Shown piece after piece: positions 14,669 through 29,520 of a stretch of DNA of 64,000 bases. Position numbers and translations under genes: made by a program. Numbering within the stretch: the stretch's first letter is position 1; each line of letters opens with the position of its first letter. Below the pieces are notes generated by a model. It ran no database searches. It was not told where the DNA came from and saw nothing but the letters and a program-made list of their open reading frames with translations. Source of the stretch: Eledone cirrhosa (lineage: Eukaryota); NCBI GenBank assembly GCA_964016885.1, contig OZ024743.1, positions 39,680,001-39,744,000 on the forward strand. Reading direction: 5' to 3'.

Positions 14669-14675
<7 letters not shown>
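14421..14675. mobile_element. Fold-back PLE 3'-end insertion (family E)
   Basis: Arms 14458-14560 and 14576-14675 with a left tail. Same sequence as the end of the element at 63208-64000. Confidence 0.85.
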
Positions 14676-14762
<87 letters not shown>

Positions 14763-14781
14763 TATATATATATATATATAT

Positions 14782-14982
14782 AACGAAGGAAATGTGGTAA
14801 GGAACCAGGTGGACCATAACGCACCAAAGTACTCAATACTTGAGGTAGTAGAGTGGGTAATAGGAACCAGTAAGACCCCGACAGCTGAGCTCAAGCCGTT
14901 TCGACGGCTAATTCTGGACTAAAATTAGTCCAGAATTAGCCGTCGAGACGGCTTGAGCTCAGCTGTCGGGGTCTTACTGGTT

Positions 14983-14987
<5 letters not shown>
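14782..14987. mobile_element. Fold-back insertion (family F)
   Basis: Near-perfect palindrome 14860-14987 with left tail 14782-14859. A similar tail occurs alone at 44478-44540. Only the GAAA half of an HHR is present. Confidence 0.8.
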
Positions 14988-15055
<68 letters not shown>

Positions 15056-15062
15056 TTATATA

Positions 15063-15160
15063 TAGGAAACGCGTCGGCACCCCGACGGCGGAGCTCGGGC
15101 CGTTTCAACAGCTAGATCCGAATTCGGATCTAGCTGGCTGTCGAAATGGTCTGATTGAGC
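15063..15160. mobile_element. Short fold-back fragment related to family F
   Basis: Perfect palindrome cagctagatccGAATTCggatctagctg. The left arm resembles 14861-14910. Confidence 0.6.
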
Positions 15161-15741
15161 TTGTTCGATGGAAAAAAAGGGATGAGTTTGAATTGAATGG
15201 AACTAAGTATATGTGGCATATTGGTGTAAATGGTCGTGCTAGCCAAATATGTGGGTTTTAGTCCCATGTACATCAATGATAATCCCTTTTTTCCATTCTG
15301 TGGGTTTTCTCTAGCCCCAACTAATAGGCTAATTCACTTAGTGAAAAATACGGTGTAATCTCTATTCGTCTCTTTCTTCTTATGTAAAGAAATCTTTGAA
15401 GCAGAGTCATCATTTGATATGAAATTCTTTCAAGTGTGTTGCATGGCCATGGCGGTCCGTAGCCGTAATAAACCTTTTTTTCTACCATTCTGCTGTATGT
15501 ATAAGGCTATTTTCTCCCCAAATGTTATCTTTCCGTTCCGTCTTCTTCACACTATATATCTTTCAATTTCATCTTTTACTCCTTATTGTAACTCCCCATG
15601 AAGGAATAGTGAACAAAACATGAATACTTTTTTACTATTACCCGAAGCGTTAAACTAATGTAATTCTCCATTGTACTCTGTTGTTCAGGTTTACCTTTAC
15701 ACACACATATATATATATATACATACATATATACACATAAG

Positions 15742-16012
15742 TGTTTCTACTTTTGGCACAAGGCCAGCAATCACCCAGTGTATTACTGGTACATTATTTT
15801 ATCGACCTCGTAAGGATGAAAGGCAAAGTTAACCTTGGTGGGATTTGAACTCAGAATGGCAAGGGCTCTATGCGTCAAAGTATGGCGTCCGACCCTCTAC
15901 CGATACTGACAATCCACCATACATATATACACATAATTGTTTCTACTTTAGGCACAAGGCCAGCAATTATCCAGTTCATTACTGGTACTTTATTTTATCG
16001 ACCCTGTAAGGA
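15742..16012 (-). mobile_element. tRNA-derived SINE (15742-15918) plus adjacent partial copy (15937-16012)
   Basis: Same family consensus. Confidence 0.88.
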
Positions 16013-18608
16013 TGTTACTGTGTCTGTTTGTTTGTGCGTATGTGTGTATGTTGGTCCGTATACTCATAGAAACATAAAACAGTATACAACTTTGTATTTT
16101 TGAACGAATATACATCCATCATGTACAGCTGATTTTCTTAATTATTATAGATACTTAAAATATATAATGTATGGCTTAGACATCAGACTGATTCAAAAGA
16201 AAAACAAAATATTTCTTTCATGTTAAGTTATATTACTGTCTTCATTTCCTTTATGTGTCTTTACTATGTTTTGTAAATGGCTTTCTATAAATTCGTAATG
16301 AGCTGATTGTACATTACAATATTTCATTTACATTACATTCTTGGACTCTAGCATAGCCTAATATTTACAGTTTTCTCTACGCAAGCATACGATTCTGCAT
16401 TCAATCCTACAGTGAACCACAGTTTAGAAGCCTGTCCACAAGGACCGTGTCATGTCACATTTTGTCATGCTACATAAAGATACAGATGCATACCCAACAC
16501 TCAGTCATTAATACATTAATTTCACAAGGAAGCTGTTTTGGTGATCCAACAAATGGAATACGAACCGTTGAAATGTTCGAGATCATTGTGGCCGTTTATC
16601 TATAGATAGTTTCTTACTTAATATTCATTTGATAACAATGATTCAATAAATACTATCAATTCGTGCGATAATGATTCCAAATTTAGGCTCAAGGCAAGAA
16701 ATTGTTAGAAGACTACCAAGATGGATATATTGATCCCATCACTTGATCATAATTTGTTTATTTGATTGGGTGAGGGTGACTGGCAATGTCGACCTTTGTC
16801 GTATTTGAAATCAGAACCTGTTGACCATGGAAATGTTATGAATAATGTTATGAATGCATTTTACTGAATCTCTAACGATTCCCCCAATCCACTTACCTGG
16901 CAATACTAGTCATGATAATATATTCTAACATAGAACCAATGATTCATGTTTTGTAGTAGCAAAGGATTAATTATATTGGCAAGAGTAACTGGTGTATATA
17001 TTTTCATAGCCAGGCGTACGAATTAAAATCAAAGTACACTTGAGTTGCAAGTAAACGTAGAACGTAAATACAACTAACTTTCTGCCTCAGCTGTTTGTCA
17101 TACGTGTATCAATCAATTTCCAAGATAAGCACAAGGCCAGATTTCTCGTAGTTGGGAGATTGTAGTCAATTATATTAACCCTCAATACATCACTGATAAC
17201 ATAAAGAAATATACAATATACTGTAATTTATTTCGTGCAACCCCGCTCTCCTTGGTAGTAATGAAATCTATATATTTGCTATGTATGGAACTTAAGTCAA
17301 TGGCTGTAGCAGTTGTTGACATATAGCATTGAATATGTATGAATAATGATGAAAGGCAATGCTGGTGGCAATTTCAATAGCGATAATGTTTGCATAAATT
17401 GTGCAGTACTCATCTGATACTCCATTTTAAAGTCCACTGTAATAATGAGCAAAACATGTTTAGGCAAAATGCTACACAATTTCTGGGTGTAGTAGATTTA
17501 ATTGAGCCGAAAAGTGAACTTGTAGTTAAAAGTATACAATCGCTGCTCCCGTTAAGGCTTTGATGGCTCATTGATAGTAGCGAAAATGGTATGTGTTATA
17601 ATCTCTCAGCTTACGCCTGTTGACTTTATAAAAAGCCCCATATCTTCATAAGCAGGGTAGGACGAATTATATGCCGTGTTGATTGATTCGTCCTACATAA
17701 CTGCTCAGGTTTATGTGAGATTCCTTCCTTCGGGCTAGAGGTGTACATTTTTATACTGAGATATTTTCATGGCTTATTATTTTTTATTGATTTTTATTCA
17801 GACCATTTTCTTATACCCGTCAATAAGAAGGTGTATAACGGCTTTTTAGAATGTCAGACATATCAACCAAATCTCTTTCAGACGTGAATGTTGGGTCTAG
17901 ACACGGGCTGGTTGACTTGATAGAAAGATCACTTTGCAAATATAAGATTCCATCTTGCTGCGTGGCATCATGCGTATGTGTATTTATTGTAGTTTCGAAT
18001 AGACAAAAGCTTGTAAATGAAATTGCGTCAATGGAATCTATATGGGAAACCGTTGAATGGATTTTTACCGGTAATTCAAACGTGTGGCCTTATAACATAT
18101 TTTGCGTTGATTCTGACTGCGAATTCCATATATGGGACACGTGCACGTTATCTCAAAACATTATACGTTAATTCACGTGCTACACATTCACTTGATCGGC
18201 CGACAAATTTCTCTTTATGGAAAACAGTATATATTTTTTTAATTTGTCCTTTTTACATTACGAATGGCGAAATGGGCAAAATGAAGGTACGAATATTGTA
18301 TGTTTGTTGTTGTATTAGTAATAGTAACATCAGCAGCAGCACCACCGCCACCACCATCACTATCACCACACATTGCTAGTGCAGTGAAGAGAATGTATGT
18401 ACTATATTTTAATATACAGTATTGGGTTTAGCCCGAAGAGCTTATGAAAATTTTAAAACCATTCAAAATATTTTTTTTTCATTATATTTTGAAATCCATA
18501 ATTGATGCAAAGTTGTTGCTGTTTATTTTTATGATAATTATTTATTTATTTAATTTTTTTACTTTTTTCGTCTTTCGATCGATTCCAAGTAAATAACAAA
18601 GAAATGTT

Positions 18609-18648
18609 AATAATAATAATAATAATAATAATAACAATAATAATAATG

Positions 18649-18708
<60 letters not shown>

Positions 18709-18741
18709 TTAATAATAATAATAATAATAATAGTAATAATA
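18609..18741. repeat. (AAT)n microsatellite
   Basis: Direct inspection. Confidence 0.97.
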
Positions 18742-19321
18742 AACGAAGAAAAACTAAATAATGAAGATGTGTAAGATGTATAAGAAAAATAATATTAAAA
18801 GAAAACATGTTGGAACAACCGACATCAGAGCGAAAATTTATTTCGAAAAATATAAATAAGAAATAAGATTTAAAAAAAAAAATTTCAAGCGCAATAAATT
18901 TACAGAACAAAATATAATACACTATTGTAAAAGAATATAAAGCTGTTTTTGCATTAAAACAAAGAATTCTAAACAGAAGTTTATTTTTTAATTTTCTCTA
19001 GGATTGATTTGCTTTATATTTTTATTTCGTTTTTATTCTCCTATATATAGAGAGAGAGCGAAAGAGAAAGATATATACATATATAAATAAAGAGAGAGAG
19101 AGATAGAGAGAGAAAGAAAGAGAGAAAGAGAACGGATATATTATATGTATATATTTATATATATATATATATATATATACCCATATATATATATTCATAT
19201 TTATATATATACGTATATATATATATATACATAGGTATATATATATATATATATATATATACGTATATAATACATAGGTATATATATATACATTTATATA
19301 TATACAGACATGTCTATATAC

Positions 19322-19386
<65 letters not shown>

Positions 19387-21439
19387 TGGTGTATGTGTGT
19401 GCATACGCACACACACACAAATATACTTATATATGTATATGTGTGTGTGTGCATATATATATTGCTTACATTGTATTTTTTTTCCTACAGTCGATATACA
19501 TTTACATCTAAACATTCAACCCTGTTATCAGAAAGTAAAACATCACAGAAACTGAAAATGTTTTTCTAAGTTTTCTGTTATTTCATTTCTGTCTCATAAA
19601 TTTAAGGATAAACAATATCATATGTTTATGTTTTTCTTTAGATTTTGTGATTTTGTTCATTTTTCAGAGATATTTCTAATCTTGTTGGTTTTCATTTTCC
19701 AAAGTGATTTGTTTTAAATTCCGTTTTATAAGTTATCATGAGCGTTTCGAAGCATGTCTATGTTATCAAGATGCTCTGTGGCAAGTTATATAATGTGTAT
19801 ATTACTTGAAAAACCTAATAATCATAAACATCTCCGTTGTAAGGAAGACTAACTGGAATTATAATAACATTTACATGTCTTCTACACATATTTAATTAAA
19901 ACACATATTATGGTATCGAAAAAAAAAACAACCTTGAAATGTATAACACTACCAGGTTTGCATGGCTAGATTGTAAACCTTTACAGTTTTATGAGTGCTT
20001 GATCTGGTTGCTCGACGAAGGAAACATTCTCCTGTAAAATTAAATGGCTAGCAGCTGAGAATGCGACAGACAGATGTACCCTTAACGGAATTCACGGTGA
20101 TATTGAGTGTGAAACGATGTGTGATACGTCTGGCTCTATTAAATATACAGACATGTACATTACATAAATCAGACTTCAAATTAATTCCTTTCAGCCAGAA
20201 TTCTCTCACATAGCACGTTTTTATCCGTGGATCTGATCAACGATACTTCACCTAGAATTCCTGTAACGGGTTTGAACGGGGGATCTAAGGATTTTGATGT
20301 GAAATTTGAAGTATATATTCTCGCGTGCACAATACCTGACATAAAATATTGTTTCGGTGCCTTTGTATTCTATTATATGGTGTAATAATAATCATAAACA
20401 CCACAAAATATACAGCATTTGTTTACTTATGTTGTCACACAAATAATATAACAAAAATATGATTAGACTTGGTGATTTGGAACGTAGTATAGATAGGCAA
20501 TATATATATAAGAAGTTGCATTCCTCAGTAATCTTATATTTAGGAAGTAAAACTATCTTTATTTTGATCCTATTCATTATCTCTCTCGTGAATTAACTTG
20601 ATCATGGAAAGTAAATCCACTTTGAATCTAGAAAAGCCTTGGACGTTCATATTGTTAGGATTTCCCAAGTCAATATCTTCGAAGGTAACAACAATTATCG
20701 GCTGAGATTCGTATTATAAAGGAATAAAATAGGAACATATATTTTACGAATCCTCAATCTATGCCACGTCATATAATCCCATACCATGATGACGTCTATA
20801 AGGTGCAAGAGGGAATTACTATCATTCATTACTACTATAATGTGAAGGTTGATGTGGAGGTGCATATGGAGGAGTGATTTCCATGGAGATGGTCAAAATT
20901 CAATGATATGGAATTATGGATTTACTGGAGGCTTTCTGTACAATAACGTGTCAGCAATTATTTTCTGCAATTTCAGTAATATAAATTCTAATTGTAGGAT
21001 TACCTGCTACAATAATACAGTTATTTATAGAGATAAACACACGGGTTAAGTAGTATGTATCTTCAGATAGTTAGGAATAAATATAACATCAGTGTACCAA
21101 ATACTAATCACCTATATGTTCCATTAGATATTACATGATCAAAAATGTGTGCACTTATGGCGGTAGGGCTTAGACATTCTTCCTATTTGAAGCAAATAGT
21201 TTACATTTAGTATACTTTTGTGTAGAAAATTATGTTGGTATATTTGTTTATATGTACAGGTATTTTCGAATGGTAAATTGCTGCAGTTGTGTTTGTGTCT
21301 GCGTCTGTTTCTTTTCTTTTTATGCTTCTTTTCATTTGTTTATATTTATTTGCTTCTATGATACAATTATATTATTTTGCATGGGGGGGGGGGGGGGGGC
21401 TTTATTAATCTCTTCATAATATTACCTACATTATATGCA

Positions 21440-22200
21440 ATCTTCTTCTTCTTCTTCTTCTTCTTATTATTATTATTATTATTCTCCACCCACCCATTTC
21501 TGGAAGGGTCAAGCGTTCAGAGTCCACAAAAGCTCCTTGCACTGATTCATATCAGAAGCAACCACCTCCAACTGATCTAACTGGATCACCAAGCGAGTCC
21601 AGCCAAGCTCATCGATGTTATTTAGCTAGCTTGCTGGAGGTCCACTCTTGTATCACCTTTTGGGGATTTGCCCGTAGAATCTGTCTACCGATTTTCTAAG
21701 ACATTATAACCCCATGCCCATAGCATCGGAACTGTGATCTATCAAATTGATGAGGTAGTAGCTCTACCCGCAATCTAACGAATAAGGTTATCCATCGGGG
21801 GAACCCCATTTCGGCCGCTTGTATTTGCAATCGTAAGCTTTCGGTCATTACACATGTTCAATGACCATACGTAATGATTGGCTCGAATTCCGATTTGAAG
21901 ATAGTGAATTTGGCTTTTAAACATACCTCCCTTCTTCTGATTACCGAAAGCTGAACCTGGTGCATTACTGTACTAGATCTTTCAATGCATGTTCTAGATT
22001 CAGCCTCCTGTCTCCCATTACTCGTAAACACGGCCGCGAGATACCTGAACGCCTCCATTTGCTTCAATGGAACTCGATTTACATTAAGCGTGCACTGCGC
22101 AGGGTTCCTTGAGGGGAGCACTGTCTGAGTTTTCGCAGCATTTATTTTCATTCCAGCCATGGCATCAAACCCATCAATTGCAAGTTGGTGATCATATGCA
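21440..22200 (-). mobile_element. RTE-clade LINE 3' fragment, degenerate
   Basis: GMKINAAKTQTV..FRYLAAVFTSNGRQEAE..KAKFTIFKS..PIITYGH, followed on the minus strand by an (AAT)n(AAG)n tail. Confidence 0.8.
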
Positions 22201-25200
22201 ATCTTATTATTCAAATAAATCTCTATTTCATACAATCATGTGAACACTGCTTTCTCTGAGAGTTTGTTATTCTCGTATGTTTACTTACCAGAAATTTGAT
22301 AAAAAGAAATTCCAACCCACGTTTCCTATATATAGACACATCTGAAATGCAATTGTCATCGATAGTTTACTGAAATCTAATAATTTATTAATTAGTATGC
22401 AAAGATATTTTTCTCATTATTCTCGTGTTGTGATGAGAAAGAATGTTTGATATTCATGATATATACATTTTTACATCGGACACATTTATCTAGAATACTT
22501 ATTTATAAAGCGAAACTTACGATATTCTGTTAAGACGTATAAATAATTTCCAAAAATCTAAAATACTTTCTAACATAACCTAACAGAGTAGGCATAATGA
22601 CGAATCCAAAGAAACATTTGATGAATTTGTATATTAATTCTGAGTAACGCAAAATTTATCATTGGTAAGGTTCTAAATTACGGGGTTCGTGCCTAACGTG
22701 GCACTGCCTATAAAGTATTTAACGTTATGTGTCTGAATATAATATATGTAGAATGTGGATGGCAGAATATTAATAGTCAGTAGAGATATATATTTGAATA
22801 GACAATAATGTTAACTATAGAAAATTCTTTATATTTTATGGATCCTAACTATTAGTATCCATAAAACAATCAATGAGTATGATCACATTCAGGTGTCCTC
22901 AAATATAAATTCAATTGATAATACTAACATCAGAAGTTCTTTGTAAAATATCAAATGGACATTAATTTCGTGACCTGATCGACGGAATTTCGAATGCATT
23001 ACATAGGATACAAAAAGTTATTTGCTGAAATAGCCAATCCCAATTATTGTGCACGTCTCTGCTAATGGCTATCTCTGGACTCACGACGCCTGATATTTCC
23101 ACCGTCTTATATTGATTTAAGATGCTTATTTGATATTAGAAAATACTGAAAGTATAATACATATGTGACATTAACATGAAGACGGAAAGAACAGATATTC
23201 CTATCCCCCAAACATATCTATAATTATCATCGAATTTCTCTAAGACGAAACGGAAGAAAAGGAAAAAAAAATAGAACCTTAAAAAAGGTGAACAAAAAAA
23301 CAATGTTTCCCAGACAGAATGAGGAGCCGTATCGTCGTTTTACGTATTTTGATATAGTATCTTCATTTGCACGATTCATTTGCATTTTCATATGACAGAA
23401 ATTAATATTAAAAGTTACTGGGATTAATCTAGTGAAGCACCGAGTTGGAGTAAATGGCAACAAACATAGATAGTGTGATTGAACAATTCATAAAAGGGTG
23501 AACATACTGTAGTATGTTTAATGAAAAGATACTGATATATATCAAATAAATACTTGGTAGGATATGATTTACTATTATGTCATTATGTGCACCAATGAAT
23601 TAATTGAAACTATATTACAATCATATATTTTTTTTTAATTTAGGTACATATACGTAGTAGATTTTGACACGCGACTCCAGGAATTCACCGTAGGTGTTTC
23701 ATTTACAGCCATTGTTTATATTCATACGACTAACGTATTCAAATCATATATTAGTGTTTACGCTAGAAGATGTAAGATCATATATGTGTAGAGATTTCCA
23801 GATGCTTATAATCGAATATTATGACAGTGTGATAATTGGAATTTTTCTTCTTTGGAAGTCAAAAATATAAATTTCATGTACATTGTTTTCAGATGCAAAT
23901 TACTATTTGGGCGATACAATTATTTGGATTTCTTTCAACGAATAGTCTGATTGATCAGTCTGTCTCTATATTCAGTGAATCATACCTACAGCGCATTGCA
24001 CCACATTATTTCTGTTGTCGCTAGTCATCTTAAATGTGATGGTCATTTATTTGTATAGTCAAAATTTACATGTAAGATCTTCAATATTTGCATACATTTT
24101 ACATTTATAGATTTTAGAAGTTTTTCAGTGGAGTTTACATTTGAATTTGAATTGAATGTGTATCTGTCTGGATAAGTTGGTAATTACAAATGGCCAGACT
24201 TGAATATATATGAAACGCCAAAAAAGTTGTATTGTTGGAATTTGTAATTCAATAGAGTCCTCTGATGTTTAACATTAATTCTAGTAAAACTCTTTGGAAA
24301 CTATTCTTACTATACTTTTATTTTGTGTGAGAGACAAAACAACGTGTTGGCTCCCGAAGAGAAGTTGAAGCTGCTAAATCTGCTTGAAATAGCATTCATC
24401 ACACATCAAAACATAGAAAACTCATGCATTATATATTGTATTCTATCATACGCTGTATTTTAATATAGATGGGAGGGTCGTATATGTAATGTCTTTCATT
24501 ACTTGTCTCAATGTAATTGGGAAATGACTGCAATATAAAAAGATTAACAATAATAACATTAAATTAATTAAACGAATCATTTATTTTATCAATACTTCGG
24601 AACAAGATGTTTTTCCATACAAGTCGATACAAATTTTCCCATCTTTCAAAAGAAAACCCAAACAGCTATTTGTTATAAATATCAACCTGTCGTGAATAAT
24701 AACAATTTGGAGAAACTATGGGAACTTGTCATAAATACAGACCATAGCGAGCACATAATAATTCTCACAATATTTTATGTGATAAAAATTATATAATTTT
24801 GTGTAGATGGAAGACAACATAAGGAAAATAGCCGATCTTTCGAATTATGGACACTATTTGCTGGTCGCAACACTTGGCGGAAATATAACAACACTTCCTG
24901 ATAAAGGGGGCTGTATCCGAACTTTGAACTCATAAAGGCAGAGCAGATAATGCAAGGCATCCTATCCATTAATCTACCATCCATGTACAGCTTTTTATTT
25001 ATTTAACACGCAAAAGTTAACGGCAGTTGATTGTGATAGTATTTTAACTCAGAGAGCAGAAGCCTGGAATGAATACCTAAGCTGTAACGTCGCTAAACAA
25101 TCACAGTAAATGTAATAAATAATTATATATATAAGGAATTACTCTGATAAATATTATCCCGCAAAGAAGAACAGACTAAAGCATTAAGGATGAGATTACC

Positions 25201-25902
25201 ATCGTATTTTACATTGTAACACTACAACGATTTAAATGACAGTTGTATATTATATATTGGAGAAATATTACACATAATGATATCAATAAGTACGTTCTGT
25301 CAATAACAGCTTTAGAATATGTCAAATTCTTAGATTATTTTTAAACAATATGTTTTATTATGCATTATTATGACTTAACTAGTGCAAGATAGATTTTGAT
25401 AGATGTTGGATTGACGTAGCAGCAGCCGATTTTCCGGCATGGGCCAACTTTGTATCGAAGTATTCCTCATATCGACAATAAAAAAATGTTATTCGTAAAT
25501 GGAAACGAGCAATAACTTTAGTATAATAAAATGAATTTGAAATTTCATGGAATTCCAGTTTTCATTTCCACCATAGCAATTTATTTGTTAACATATTATC
25601 ATGTTTTATACTAGCAACATGACACTTTGGAAGATTACGTTGTTCAATGAATATTTACATGGTATAAGGTGTTATAAATTTGATATAATTTTAAAAAAAA
25701 TACAAATAAATATTCATATTTATATTTTCAAAACTGTCATTTACGATTTTCCAACAGATTTAATACAAATGAATTGTATTACATTTCGTCGGTTGAATAT
25801 AGCTGTAACAATTGTATCTGATAGCATTGTGAATCCGACAGTACTTGCTTATTTACGAAGCCATAATGATGTGTGTGTGTGTTTCTGTGTTTCTCTTCTT
25901 AG

Positions 25903-26101
25903 GTAGAAACATAGATGAAAATGATGGAGTTGACGTTCTCCTTGTCGAAGCCCATAGGAATATTAACAGCAGATAGGAAGTAATTTAGTGTGGTGACTTT
26001 GGACACATTGTGTGCAAAGACAGAAGGAGACGGAAGTAAACTGGTAGTGCTTCGTTGCATAGGAGAGTTTGAAGCGGTAGAAACACGACGCTGGAGAACC
26101 T
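25903..26101 (+). other. Candidate non-coding (UTR or lncRNA) exon
   Basis: ttctcttcttAG acceptor, purine-rich 199 nt body, GTGAGT donor. Stops in all three frames. Confidence 0.35.
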
Positions 26102-28048
26102 GTGAGTAAATATATTACATATAGTTGTTCCTGTGTTTGATCTGTGGTGTCTATTTGAAATCATAATATGTTATGGAAAGATAATTTTCTCTCTATATAT
26201 ATAGAATCAGAAAATGCGAAGTAGTTTCAGATGTTAAAGTCATATAATTGTAATGCTGTGATGCTAATTCCAATAACGACAGTGGTCACACGCTTCGGTG
26301 TACCCAGTGCCGTTACATAATCAGACAGTTTCTTACATAATAGGGTTATGTCCCCGAGGCAATCCAAATTGAACCGACAAGGGAACAGACAAAGCGTGTG
26401 TTCTTGAATCGTTCGCCCGTTCCCTTGTCATCATTTCCTTATTCTAGATATAATCCATCACACCTATGTGAAAAAAATACGTTGAGGGCTTTAATTGAAT
26501 GGCATCAATGTTTACTTTAAGTATATATATATATTTATATATAATTGACAGTAGCACTAAGTCAAATTTGAGTATAAAAAAATGTGTATATGGAAATATG
26601 TAATGTGTTTTCTATTTGAATATAGCAAATAGATGATATTGTCTGGAAATGCTCATGGCTGGTTATAATGAATTGGCAATATCACTAAGACAATGTTTAG
26701 GCATGATTTATGTGTATATGAATACATATACTTTGTGTTTGTATACTATAAAGTTATAGGTCCTTCATTATCAGAATTTGAGTACTTTAGTCTTAATAGC
26801 AACCGAACAGCCTACTCAGGGAAGTAAAGTGCAGGGAGCAAAGCATTCCACCGACATGTGTCCCAAATAATGGTCAGGCGAGGATCTACGTGAACACATT
26901 TTGACAGATTGAGAGGTACAACTCATTTCAGCGAGTGTTGAATACACGAGAATTTACTTCAATATCTTCCCTTACGCAACTTATAAAAAAAATGTAATAA
27001 ATTGTAGACAATAGACAACCACATTGAAATGGTAACATAACCAGAAATAACTCACATTTGAGTAACCTATTCCTACGTAAATTAAAACTCCTTACTCAAG
27101 GATAAACCCCCTCCCCCACCGACCACATCACTCACTGCTTTTAGATCGGGAGCTGAATAATCTAGACACTGAGCCACGTACCTTCAGATTACTCTGTAAA
27201 TCACAATTTAAATGCATTTTTTTTTTATTCAGGATAAACAAAGATTTCCAAAATCGTTTGAAACCGGCGTAGACGTTAAAAAAAAGCTACTTAGTCACGC
27301 ACCAGTTACTTGTGATGGCATTATACAAACAAGAGCAACGAAATATAAATTTTAATAATGCCATATCAAACGGGTCAAATTAAACATTTAGAATTTTGTT
27401 TAAAAAATTAAAAGCCAAATGTATGAATATTGGAATATAATCACTAGACGAGTAACACATGGAAATTACTAAAATCCATATTTCAATACAAAAAAGAACG
27501 CACTCTTCCTGCATTTAAGAATATATATTTTGAGAAAAATTGAAAATCATGATTGAAACTACAAAAAATAAAATACAGATCACCAATTATTGGGTGAAGA
27601 AATATGGATATGAGTGACAACGCAGTCCTCCAATCATTCTCACTCTCTTTCTCGCTATCTCTCTTAATCTGCTTCACTATGGATTTTAGTCTTCACAGCC
27701 ACGTTGTTTGGGGCGTAGTCCTAATGTGTACAACCTTGGGTACGTATCTCGTGCTCCAACCTCGGAGATTTCGAATATCTTGTCGGTAGAAGTTGGTAGA
27801 CAAGACAAAATCTGAAGAAACACGTCGTGTAAGTATATCGCCAGCCGATCGACAAAATCCCAGACCTCATTTGCTTAACAAGTTGGATCGAGGAAACAAT
27901 GTTTCCATTGGTCTTTCCCATTGATTATATTATCTGGTGGTCGAAATTCAGGCTGAAAGAGCGGCGTGAATAAAGTGTCTTACGCAAGGACATAACGCAT
28001 CGGCTGCGAATCCAATTTTCTAACTACTCAGCAACGCGCCTTCACACA

Positions 28049-28395
<347 letters not shown>

Positions 28396-28398
<3 letters not shown>

Positions 28399-28994
28399 TG
28401 TATGTATAGTATATTTGGCAATATCCCGTATGTTTCATTAAAAACATTTTGAAGACCATGCGCTATTGTTTTTAAAGTAGTGACTATGGGACTTACTTAC
28501 TTTTTCGTCAAAGGAAAGGCGAGAAGCTGACATATTCTGTTTCACACTCTTGGTGTTCCCCAGAGCAATTTACATCCCACCTCTGCCGAAATTTATAGAG
28601 GCTGCATTCTTATGCAATTTGAGTAATAATCAAGAAGCTATTATACAGAGCGATTGCCGGTCCAGCACAAATTAAAAATTAGGATTAGCGCTCTGAAATA
28701 TCGATGTATACATTAATGTATGTATAGTATATTTGGCAATATAACGTATGTTTAATTAAAAACATAAGTTCCTAATTATTACTGGAATTTTATAAAGTCC
28801 AGCCTCTATAATTTGCTCTGAGGAACACCACGACTGTGAAACAGAATATGTCAGCTTCTCTCCCTTCCTTTGCCGAAAAAGAAGTAGGTGCCATAGTCAC
28901 TACTTTAATGACAATAGCGCAATGAACATACGGTATATTGCCAAATATACTGTACATGCATTCATGTATACAACACTATTTCTGAGCACCAATC

Positions 28995-28998
<4 letters not shown>
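28396..28998. mobile_element. Fold-back PLE terminal-repeat insertion (family G) with internal tandem partial repeat
   Basis: 28396-28604 is the inverse of 28800-28963. 28681-28766 is another inverted copy of the right end. (TA)n flanks. Confidence 0.8.
28815..28855 (+). ncRNA. Type I hammerhead ribozyme with canonical core and GUC triplet
   Basis: GCT-CTGAGGA-ACA..TGT-GAAA-CA gaata TG-TC-AGC. The inverted copy (~28526-28566) has stem II ACAC/GTGT but core CTGGGGA. Confidence 0.75.
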
Positions 28999-29044
<46 letters not shown>

Positions 29045-29109
29045 TGTGTGTGGAGACGGAGGTAGGTGTGTGTGTATGTGTGTGTGTGTGTTTGTGGGTG
29101 GGTGGGTGA

Positions 29110-29500
29110 CGGCCGAGAGGAAGGAGTACTCAGTACCAAAGTACCGCTTCTATGTACATTTATATTAAGGCTAAGACGTTGATGTCAATATTTTGCATTT
29201 TGTCTGTTATCAGTGGGTCATCGGTCGGATAAGAAATAACGTTTCAATGAGACAAATTATAAATATACCCGCTAATATCATTAATCACCTTCGTCTCCCA
29301 CAACCTCTCACACTGCAGCCTGCACCCTACCCATCCTATCATAATTCCCTTCTCAATTAAATCCTCCTTCTCCTACCCAAAGCATGTATTCATACTGTCT
29401 GTCATTGAAACGTTAGTTCTAGTCTGATGACTGTGACAAACAGGCGAATCTCCAGATTAACAAGACTTACGTTTTAGTCTTAATATAAATGAATATAAAT
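29110..29500. mobile_element. Old, degenerate fold-back insertion
   Basis: catttatattaaggctaagacgt / acgttttagtcttaatataaatg and taacgtttcaatga / tcattgaaacgtta are inverted pairs. Left tail present. Confidence 0.6.
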
Positions 29501-29520
29501 GAATATATATATAGAGAGAG

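Noticed and set aside
13845-14987. Interpreting the palindromes as MITEs, foldback DNA transposons or pre-miRNAs
   Set aside because: Ends are asymmetric, fold points vary within a family, arms match PLE 3' ends with HHRs, and one copy is spliced.
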